Origin: Candidatus Magasanikbacteria bacterium RIFOXYD2_FULL_41_14
GTDB lineage: Bacteria; Patescibacteriota; Patescibacteriia; Magasanikbacterales; GWA2-37-8
Length of the DNA: 52,793 bases
Reading direction: 5' to 3'
Assembly: GCA_001784475.1 (NCBI GenBank)
Contig: MFRE01000009.1
Coordinates: 36,585-89,377 of the forward strand
Shown: positions 1 to 6,482 of the stretch, in pieces
How the letters are laid out: the number at the start of each line of letters is the position of its first letter
How positions within the stretch are numbered: position 1 is the first letter of the stretch
Made by a program: the position numbers and the translations under genes
The notes under the pieces: model-generated
What the model was told of the DNA's origin: nothing
Database searches by the model: none
Seen by the model: the letters and a program-made list of their open reading frames with translations, nothing else

Positions 1-169
1 CTGTAACTTTGAATTTTGCCACTTGAAACTTTGGTCAACTCGCGGTAAAATATCGGTGGCTAATGTAGGCGTGTCTACGGACGCGTCTCGCCTTTGTAAA
101 AGACTGCTTGCATCGTCCTTGGGTGAACGAATCATAAATTCAAGTCGCCACGTATTTATACAGCAACCG

Positions 170-343
170 GCCGGTTGGCCGCTTGTCCTTGCCTCGGAAT
201 GGAAGATGCAAAAGAAGCCCGTTTGTCCTCGGCTGGCAACCTCGTCAATGTTGGCAACTTCGACGCGGACGGCGCGAATGTCAACAACGACAGTCCGGAC
301 AACTCCAATGACAATCTCGGCGTTTCTTTCGCCCGAAGTCTTT
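170..343 (+). repeat. DGR template repeat (TR)-like segment (boundaries approximate)
   Basis: It lies just upstream of, and co-oriented with, the DGR-type RT. Its reading frame is open only after the stop at 124-126. It reads ...NLVNVGNFDADGANVNNDSPDNSNDNLGVSFARS, with 8 AAY codons between 247 and 315. This resembles the C-terminal C-type-lectin/FGE-like variable region of DGR targets. It has no long upstream ORF, so it looks like a template rather than a VR. Confidence 0.6.
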
Positions 344-344
344 G

Positions 345-367
345 TCCCCCGATATTAAGTCGGGGGA
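345..367 (+). other. GC-rich hairpin at the 3' end of the TR-like segment, overlapping the avd stop codon
   Basis: The stem tcccccga (345-352) pairs perfectly with tcggggga (360-367) around a 7-nt loop, tattaag. Confidence 0.6.
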
Positions 368-744
368 TTTGTTTGTCCGCCGTTGGTTTTTTTAATCCAG
401 CCACCGAGCATCCGTCCGATTTCCACGAGCGCGGCTACCAAATTCAAATAGCTTTTTTCATTAATGGCACGGACATCAAAACAAAGGCGAATAATTGTTT
501 TGAGTATTTTTAGTTTAAGGTCAATTTTTTGCAATAATTCTAATCGGGCGGTGACGCGAGCGGCATTGGCGAAAAATAACATTTCTAAAATTTCAATAGT
601 CAGCCCCTCGCATTTTGCTCCCAGCGCGAAGCGGTCGCGTTTGGGCAGTCGCGTCGTTACGCCGTAAAGTTGTTTATAAAAATCATAGGTTTTATGGATA
701 ATAGAGATTTCCGTGCTATTGTCGCGGGGGGGGGTAGTAGTCAT
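355..744 (-). CDS. avd: Accessory variability determinant (Avd)-like four-helix-bundle protein
   Basis: The protein is 129 aa. The C-terminal VEIGRMLGGWIKKTNGGQ resembles the Bordetella phage BPP-1 Avd tail (..EVGRILGSWIARVNRKGQ.., recalled from memory). LPKRDRFALG and the heptad-like helices fit the four-helix-bundle / 23S-IVS protein family. It lies adjacent to the DGR RT. Confidence 0.8.
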   Translation of the reverse strand: MTTTPPRDNSTEISIIHKTYDFYKQLYGVTTRLPKRDRFALGAKCEGLTIEILEMLFFANAARVTARLELLQKIDLKLKILKTIIRLCFDVRAINEKSYLNLVAALVEIGRMLGGWIKKTNGGQTNPPT

Positions 745-1704
745 AATTTATTTGATAAAATTATTTCCTTGCCTAATTTATTCCACGCTTGGCGCGAATT
801 TAAACGCGGCAAAATGAATAAAAGCGATGTTCAAAATTTTGCGTTAAATTTGGAGGATAATTTGTTTGATTTACATACTGATTTGCAGTCGGGGAATTAT
901 CGGCATTCACCTTACACGGATTTTTTCGTACGCGACCCTAAATTAAGACATATTTTTAAAGCCACGGTGCGCGACCGAGTACTACATCAGGCGGTCGTGT
1001 CAGCGCTTGAGCCGATATTTGATAATGGTTTTATCGCTAATTCGTATTCGTCGCGTTTGGGCAAAGGCACACATCGGGCGATATCGTGTCTGCGAAAAAA
1101 GGCCTGGCGGTTATCAAAAAATAATACTCGGACAGTGTGGATTTTACATGGCGATATTCGCCGATATTTTGATTCCGTTGACCATGAGATATTGTTGCGA
1201 TTAATTGAACGAAAAGTCGGTGATACTAATGTTTTAAATTTACTTACGGAAATTATCGGCAGTTATTCTACTGCCCCCGGCAAGGGCATCCCGCTCGGCA
1301 ATGTTACCAGCCAGTTATTTTCTAATATTTATTTAGACGAGTTTGATCAGTTTATCACAAGACATCTGGGGATTCAAGATTATATCCGCTATGCCGACGA
1401 TTTTGTCGTTATTAGTCGTAGCCAAATTTTTTTGGAAAGTATGATAACGCTTACGCGTAATTTTTTGAGCGAAAAATTAAAATTGGTTTTACATCCGGAT
1501 AAAATTGTTTTGCGCCGTTGGCACAGCGGGGTGGATTTTTTAGGGTATGTATTGTTTCCGCACCATAATATTTTGCGGACTAAAACTAAATGGCGGATGT
1601 TTAACAGAATAAATTCCAAAAATTTTATTTCTTATAGTGGGATGTTGAGACATTGTCGGTCGGCGCGTTTGCGCGCCGATTTATTACGAACGGTTGATTT
1701 ATAA
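694..1704 (+). CDS. DGR-type reverse transcriptase
   Basis: Motifs seen: NLFDKIISLPNLFHAWREFKRGK, RDRVLHQAV, SYSSRLGKGTH, GIPLGNVTSQLFSNIYLDEFD (the DGR-specific [IL]GxxxSQ motif), the IRYADDFVVIS YxDD box, and GVDFLGYVLFP. The ATG at 694 is preferred over the TTG at 670 used in the ORF track. Confidence 0.9.
   Translation: MDNRDFRAIVAGGGSSHNLFDKIISLPNLFHAWREFKRGKMNKSDVQNFALNLEDNLFDLHTDLQSGNYRHSPYTDFFVRDPKLRHIFKATVRDRVLHQAVVSALEPIFDNGFIANSYSSRLGKGTHRAISCLRKKAWRLSKNNTRTVWILHGDIRRYFDSVDHEILLRLIERKVGDTNVLNLLTEIIGSYSTAPGKGIPLGNVTSQLFSNIYLDEFDQFITRHLGIQDYIRYADDFVVISRSQIFLESMITLTRNFLSEKLKLVLHPDKIVLRRWHSGVDFLGYVLFPHHNILRTKTKWRMFNRINSKNFISYSGMLRHCRSARLRADLLRTVDL
726..734. repeat. G9/C9 homopolymer inside the overlapping 5' ends of avd and the RT
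   Basis: Nine consecutive G residues, counted from the sequence. The count agrees with both translations: AGGGSS in the RT and TPPR in Avd. Confidence 0.95.
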
Positions 1705-1763
1705 TTTAGTTTAAGTTATAATTACTCTGTTGTTTGGTATTTTTATCTATTCGTTATCATCTT

Positions 1764-2306
1764 ATGCTTATTTCTCAACTAGAATCAATCCTATTTGTCG
1801 CCTCCAAACCTTTGGCCCTAAAAAAATTAGCCAAGGTTTTAAATGTTTCGGGCGAAGATGTGGCGACGGCTTTGGCTGATTTGCGCGCGAAACACAACAC
1901 ACCTGAATCCGGTATCACGATTATTGAAAATAACGATGAATATCAAATGGTGGCTAATCCTGATAACCAAACGGTAGCGGAAAATTTTATCAAGGCCGAA
2001 GTGTCGGGGGAATTAACCCGTCCGCAGTTGGAAACTTTGACCGTAATTTCGTATTGCGGGCCGATTACCAAGCCGGAATTGGAACAAATTCGTGGGGTGA
2101 ACTGTGCTTTGATTTTGCGAAATTTAATGATGCGTGGGTTAGTAAAAGAACAAGATAGTTCTACTAATTTATTACCGACTTACGAAGTGACGATGGATTA
2201 TTTGCGCCATTTGGGATTAAATGCGTTGACTGATTTACCAGATTACGCGACTTTGCATAATCATGAATTTGTAGCGACTGCCTTAGAAGTGAAAACAGAA
2301 AATTAA
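1764..2306 (+). CDS. scpB: Segregation and condensation protein B
   Basis: LESILFVASKPL...ITIIENNDEYQM...LTRPQLETLTVISYCGPITKPELEQIRGV is typical of ScpB winged-helix domains. The ATG at 1764 is preferred over the TTG at 1734. Confidence 0.85.
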   Translation: MLISQLESILFVASKPLALKKLAKVLNVSGEDVATALADLRAKHNTPESGITIIENNDEYQMVANPDNQTVAENFIKAEVSGELTRPQLETLTVISYCGPITKPELEQIRGVNCALILRNLMMRGLVKEQDSSTNLLPTYEVTMDYLRHLGLNALTDLPDYATLHNHEFVATALEVKTEN

Positions 2307-2308
2307 TT

Positions 2309-3349
2309 ATGACTGAAGAAAAACAAAAATCAATTAAAGATTTTTTCTTATCTTTTAGCATTATGCTTTGTGGGGTGGGTTTGCTTTTTATTGGCTCGGT
2401 TTCGTTTGTGCCTACCTCAACGATAACTTCAAATACAGTGGCAACTTTCCCACAATCCGCTCCCCGCCAGAACTTGCTTGTTGGTGGTGACGTTACTCCG
2501 ACGGTATTGCCAGTGAGCCACCCCCTTGTGCCACTAGCTAAATTAGATAAGAAAGAATTTGAACAGCCACTTACAGCCGCGGCTGCATTAGTTGTTGATA
2601 ATCATACTGATACTGAATTATTTTCTCAAAACGCCGATGTTGCGCGTCCGCTTGCAAGCATTACCAAATTGATGAGCATGTTAGTAATCTTGGAACGGAG
2701 ATTAGATTGGAACGCGAAAACTACTATTACAGCTGATGAGATTGAGGGTAGTCATATTGTGGAAGCGGACGAAGTTTATACCGCGGAGGAATTATGGAAT
2801 TTGGCTTTGGTCGGATCAGCCAATGGTGCAGTTAATGCTTTAGTCCGATTAAGCAGTTACACCAGATCCGAATTTGTGGCCCGGATGAATACTAAAGCCA
2901 AAATTTGGCGTTTGGATTCAATGAACTTTGTGGAGCCGACCGGTTTGGATAGTGGTAATGTGGGGAACACGCGCGATGTGGCGCGGTTGTTGAAATTTGC
3001 TTTGCGTGAAGATAAAATTTATAGAACTTTGCAAATACCGGAATATTACGCTCGTCCCGAAGGTGCGGCTAAAGCGCGTCGGGTGTGGAGCACTGACTGG
3101 TTATTAACTGGTTGGGTTCAAAATAAATTTGATACTGAACAGATGGCTGGTAAAACTGGATATATAACTGACTCTAACTATAATTTTACTGTTAAACTTG
3201 GCGATGCCGAAGGTCGTGCCGTGCGCGTGGTAATTTTGGGTGCCACTAACCACGAAGCTCGTTTCACAGAAGCGCGCGACTTAGCCGTTTGGGCGTTTGC
3301 CAATTTTTTGTGGCCGGAAGACTCCGGCTATGGCGAGTTGGTTGAATAA
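2309..3349 (+). CDS. D-alanyl-D-alanine carboxypeptidase (peptidase S11, PBP5/6-like)
   Basis: An N-terminal TM segment is followed by the SxxK (SITK), SxN (SANG) and KTG (KTGYI) motifs in the correct order. Confidence 0.85.
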   Translation: MTEEKQKSIKDFFLSFSIMLCGVGLLFIGSVSFVPTSTITSNTVATFPQSAPRQNLLVGGDVTPTVLPVSHPLVPLAKLDKKEFEQPLTAAAALVVDNHTDTELFSQNADVARPLASITKLMSMLVILERRLDWNAKTTITADEIEGSHIVEADEVYTAEELWNLALVGSANGAVNALVRLSSYTRSEFVARMNTKAKIWRLDSMNFVEPTGLDSGNVGNTRDVARLLKFALREDKIYRTLQIPEYYARPEGAAKARRVWSTDWLLTGWVQNKFDTEQMAGKTGYITDSNYNFTVKLGDAEGRAVRVVILGATNHEARFTEARDLAVWAFANFLWPEDSGYGELVE

Positions 3350-3390
3350 GTGGTATAATATAGTAGTAATAAAAAATAACTTTAAAATAT

Positions 3391-3672
3391 ATGAGATTGA
3401 ACGGCGACGAAGAACTGGGATGGTCAGTTTTAGGTCAGCCAAATACTGAAAAGCCCACCAGAGAATTACTAAATCAGGTGGTGTCTGGGTTGGTGGCGGA
3501 CACGACCGGAGATAGCGGTGTTGCGCCGGCCGCGCAATTTATTGCCGCTCACAAAGAATTGTGGGGAGAATTTGAAAAGGCGGTAAGAGCGGATATGGTG
3601 GGCAAAGAGCGTGCGGCCCAGGCCTTGCTGGCGGCAGTACTGAAAAATGTTATGAAATCGCCAGAAAATTGA
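3391..3672 (+). CDS. Hypothetical protein
   Basis: A 93-aa ORF in the operon orientation with no motif I recognise. Confidence 0.4.
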   Translation: MRLNGDEELGWSVLGQPNTEKPTRELLNQVVSGLVADTTGDSGVAPAAQFIAAHKELWGEFEKAVRADMVGKERAAQALLAAVLKNVMKSPEN

Positions 3673-3682
3673 CAGTTATTTT

Positions 3683-4846
3683 ATGCACTTGCGCAAAATT
3701 ATTGAAATAAAAAATTTAAAAGGCAAGCGCATTTTAGTGCGAGTTGATTTTAATGTACCGGTTGAAAAAGGAAAAATAAAAAATGATTTTAAAATAATTA
3801 AGAGTTTGCCGACGATAAATTACTTGCTAGATAAAGGTGCATCGGTAATTTTGGTATCACATTTGGGTAGGCCAAATGGTGTGGTTGATCAATCTTTATC
3901 TTTGCGACCGATCGCCAAAGTGTTGTCTTCATTTTTGAACAAAGAAGTGAAGCTAAAATCTTTGAAGGAATTACAACAGAAACCTAGTAATGAAAAAATT
4001 GTCTTGCTGGAGAATATCCGATTTTTTCCAGGTGAAGAAAAAAATGACATTGCATTTACAAAAGAGCTGTCCAAATTGGCCGAGATTTTTGTATCAGAGT
4101 GTTTTGCGGTCGCGCATCGCAGTAGCGCGTCAGTTACTGGATTGGCGAAATATTTACCAACTTATGCCGGTTTACTTATGGCCGAAGAGGTTGAGGGAAT
4201 TGAGCGGGCGGTTAGTAAGCCCAAAAAACCACTGGTAGTAATTTTGGGTGGTATTAAAACCGAAACAAAAATTCCAGTTCTGAAAAATTTTTTAACCAAA
4301 GCTGATTATATTTTGGTGGGCGGGGGGATTGCCAGTACTTATTTTGCTGGTAAGGGATATGGTTTAGGTGTATCGCTACTTGATAAAGATTATGTTGGTT
4401 TAATGAAGCGCTTGGGCGTGAACAAAAAAGTGATAATGCCAGTTGACGCGGTAGTGGGGCAGATAAATGGGGCTGGGGCACGCTTGGTGTCGCTTGCAAA
4501 GCCACTTAAATTAGCTAAAAACGAGGGGATTTTTGATGTTGGTCCGGCCACAGTAAGACTTTTTGCCAGCTATATTAAAAAAGCGCGGACTCTAGTTTGG
4601 AATGGGGCGATGGGAAAATTTGAACAGCACCCCTATGAGTATGGCACTTATTCGTTAGCGCGATTGTTTGCCGCGCGCAGTAAAGGCAAGTCGTTTGGCG
4701 TTGCTGGCGGTGGAGAAACCGTAGAAATTTTGGAAAAATTAAAAGTCGCGGGTGATGTTGATTTGGTATCAACTGGCGGGGGAGCGATGCTGGAATATCT
4801 TTCGGGAAAAATTTTGCCAGGAGTTAAAATTTTAAAAAAAAATTAA
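3683..4846 (+). CDS. pgk: Phosphoglycerate kinase
   Basis: VRVDFNVP, SHLGRP, RFxxGEEKND and the C-terminal STGGGAMLEYL are PGK hallmarks. Confidence 0.95.
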   Translation: MHLRKIIEIKNLKGKRILVRVDFNVPVEKGKIKNDFKIIKSLPTINYLLDKGASVILVSHLGRPNGVVDQSLSLRPIAKVLSSFLNKEVKLKSLKELQQKPSNEKIVLLENIRFFPGEEKNDIAFTKELSKLAEIFVSECFAVAHRSSASVTGLAKYLPTYAGLLMAEEVEGIERAVSKPKKPLVVILGGIKTETKIPVLKNFLTKADYILVGGGIASTYFAGKGYGLGVSLLDKDYVGLMKRLGVNKKVIMPVDAVVGQINGAGARLVSLAKPLKLAKNEGIFDVGPATVRLFASYIKKARTLVWNGAMGKFEQHPYEYGTYSLARLFAARSKGKSFGVAGGGETVEILEKLKVAGDVDLVSTGGGAMLEYLSGKILPGVKILKKN

Positions 4847-4896
4847 TTATTAATAACAAACCCGCTGTAAACCGGCGGATTGTTGGAGGAAAAAAT

Positions 4897-5727
4897 ATGC
4901 CGAGTAATTTAATAAAAGAGCAAAAAAATGATAGCGCTGTTTCTACTTGTTGTGGCCAGTCAACTGTTTGGGGATATGATTTTGGTAAGAAAATATTGTG
5001 GACTTTTGCTGGGGTACTATTGGTGTACGCGATTTTTTGGCTGGGGACAATGGTGCGCAACAATATTAGGCAGTATGATTACATTGGACTGTCGCCCAAG
5101 AACGAGCGGATGATTACAATCAACGGTTATGGCAAGGTTAATAGCAACAATGATATTGCTGTTACAACGATTGGTTATTCAAACACTGATAAGGATGTAT
5201 CCAAAGCGCAGGCAGATAATAAAATTGTAATGGACCAGGTTTTAGCGGAATTAAAAACTATGGGAGTAGCGGATAAAGATTTACAAAGCAATTACACTAT
5301 TTATCCGGATTATAATTATACCCAAGACAAAGGCCAAGTATTGCAGGGTTATCGGGTTTCCAACCAATTGAACGTAAAAATTCGCGACCTAGACAAAGTG
5401 AGCGCAGTTTTGGGTTTGGCCGGTAAATACGGTGCTACCGAAGTTTCAGGTTTGACATTTACAATTGATGATCCTGAGAATTTGAAAGATGAAGCCCGAA
5501 TCAAAGCTCTGGCCGATGCTAAGAGCAAGGCCTTGCAATTGGCGCAAACTTTAAATGTCCGTTTGGGTGGCGTAGTATCATTTTCCGAATGGGATGCCAC
5601 AAACGGTGGTCCTTATCCGGTTTACAGCGCAATGGGAGCGGAGAAAGGTGGCGGTGAGCCGGGAGTTGCTTCTGGGAGCCAGGATGTCGGTATGAATGTT
5701 AGTGTAACTTACGAGATTTTGCAGTAA
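4897..5727 (+). CDS. SIMPL/DUF541 domain protein with N-terminal TM anchor
   Basis: GYRVSNQLNVKIRDLDKVSAVL..., ARIKALADAKSKALQLA and the overall layout match the SIMPL (26 kDa periplasmic immunogenic protein) family. Confidence 0.7.
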   Translation: MPSNLIKEQKNDSAVSTCCGQSTVWGYDFGKKILWTFAGVLLVYAIFWLGTMVRNNIRQYDYIGLSPKNERMITINGYGKVNSNNDIAVTTIGYSNTDKDVSKAQADNKIVMDQVLAELKTMGVADKDLQSNYTIYPDYNYTQDKGQVLQGYRVSNQLNVKIRDLDKVSAVLGLAGKYGATEVSGLTFTIDDPENLKDEARIKALADAKSKALQLAQTLNVRLGGVVSFSEWDATNGGPYPVYSAMGAEKGGGEPGVASGSQDVGMNVSVTYEILQ

Positions 5728-5751
5728 GATCGCTATTTAAGTAGTTTTTTT

Positions 5752-5781
5752 AAAAATCCGCCAAAGTTGGCGGGTTTTTGG
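5752..5781 (+). terminator. Intrinsic terminator after the SIMPL gene
   Basis: The hairpin tccgcc-aaagtt-ggcggg is followed by ttttt. Confidence 0.7.
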
Positions 5782-5847
5782 TCTGTTTGTATGTCTTTGA
5801 ATTGGCTAAAATAAGCCAAAATAATATTTTATCCACAGGGGGGGGTC

Positions 5848-5876
5848 TTGACAAAACCCCTAAAATGTGCTATAAT
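5848..5876 (+). promoter_or_regulatory. Consensus sigma70-type promoter
   Basis: TTGACA (5848-5853), a 17-nt spacer, then TATAAT (5871-5876). A G8 tract lies at 5838-5845, 2 nt upstream of the -35 hexamer. Confidence 0.7.
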
Positions 5877-6003
5877 GGCCAGTTCTGAAAAAATGGAAAT
5901 TTATTTACATTTTTGAGGAACGCCGCCATTTCAAGCGCCACTTATAATGGCCAGTTCTGAAAAAATGGAAATTTATTTACATTTTTGAGGAACGCCGCCA
6001 TTT
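5871..6003 (+). repeat. Two identical 61-nt direct repeats with a 72-nt period
   Basis: 5871-5931 and 5943-6003 are both tataatggccagttctgaaaaaatggaaatttatttacatttttgaggaacgccgccattt. An 11-nt spacer separates them. Each unit can fold as an imperfect long hairpin (aatggcc..gttc..aaaaatg / cattttt..gaac..gccatt). Confidence 0.95.
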
Positions 6004-6436
6004 TGAATATATTTGTTCTTTGTAAAATTGGTGACTGGCGTGTCTTTTACTGGAAGCGTGTAAACGTTTCTAATAAAAGGCGCGTTAGTTGCCTAAAATC
6101 TCTGCGGGCACAGCCCGCGGAGTTAATCCCGAGCCTCTCTTAGGCTCGGGATAATGCGCCGAATCGCGGCGCTTTGGGGCCGGGGTTTATCCCCGGCATT
6201 GCAGGGGGCCACCCTCGGTAGGGTGGTTGCTGAGTCGCTCTGCAGAGCGACGAAAGTATGGGGACAGAAGGGCCCCCCACCCGAAAAATTTGCCAAGAGT
6301 CCGAACGCGCGTGATGCTCACGCGCGTTCGGGCGACGGAGGGGAGGTGTTGCTTGAGGTGCTGTTGCCTCATGTACACCCCCCTCCGCCCTCTTTCCTCC
6401 CATATATTTTAAAGCGCCTATAGGCGCCTTTTTTTA
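5884..6436 (+). ncRNA. Unassigned structured non-coding RNA locus (repeat units, GC-rich multi-hairpin core at about 6097-6400, terminator)
   Basis: There is no credible ORF. A consensus promoter lies upstream and an intrinsic terminator at the 3' end. The core is a GC-rich island in AT-rich DNA with at least 8 hairpins: 6100-6122, 6128-6150, 6156-6172, 6179-6197, 6209-6226, 6234-6251, 6301-6331 and 6331-6389. The 5' end is inferred from the promoter only. Confidence 0.5.
6414..6436 (+). terminator. Intrinsic terminator closing the non-coding locus
   Basis: The hairpin gcgcc-tata-ggcgc is followed by c and T7 (6429-6435). Confidence 0.8.
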
Positions 6437-6482
6437 TTTTCAAAAAGATGTTATAATACCTCAAACTTTATAATCATTAATT

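Noticed and set aside
66-92. GC-rich motif gtgtctacggacgcgtctcg near the left edge, resembling (in inverse orientation) gaggacgcttgcgtagacgcac at 52761-52782 near the right edge
   Set aside because: The similarity is short and imperfect and cannot be judged by eye. It is probably another member of the short GC-rich repeat families rather than terminal repeats of a mobile unit. No integrase or transposase is present.
23-513. Track ORFs 23..358(+), 156..404(-) and 175..513(+) overlapping the TR-like segment
   Set aside because: They overlap each other and the avd 3' end, have no recognisable protein features, and arise from the stop-poor GC-rich template region. This is better explained as non-coding DGR template plus hairpin.
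5875-5916. 13-codon ORF (MASSEKMEIYLHF) present once in each 61-nt tandem unit
   Set aside because: There is no Shine-Dalgarno sequence. The first copy's ATG overlaps the -10 hexamer and so would lie upstream of the predicted transcription start. It is too short to evaluate, so it is kept only as a remote possibility.
5871-6003. Tandem repeats as a CRISPR array or type III toxin-antitoxin RNA repeats
   Set aside because: There are only two copies with an 11-nt spacer. There are no cas genes, and no toxin ORF follows the terminator; the next gene is enolase.
6097-6400. GC-rich block as RNase P RNA, tmRNA, SRP RNA, 6S RNA or a common riboswitch
   Set aside because: I looked for the conserved cores: GGAAAGUCC with ACAGAA..GGCUUA, a tRNA-like 3' end with a tag ORF, and GGAAGCAGC with a GNRA loop. 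I did not find them in the correct order. The rejection is by eye only, so a covariance-model scan is still required.
6140-6423. Four overlapping ORFs (61-89 aa, both strands) in the GC-rich block
   Set aside because: They overlap in several frames and are rich in Arg/Pro/Gly/Ala, as expected from GC-rich non-coding sequence. No start context is visible and the region is full of perfect hairpins. I treat it as RNA or a repeat element, not CDS.
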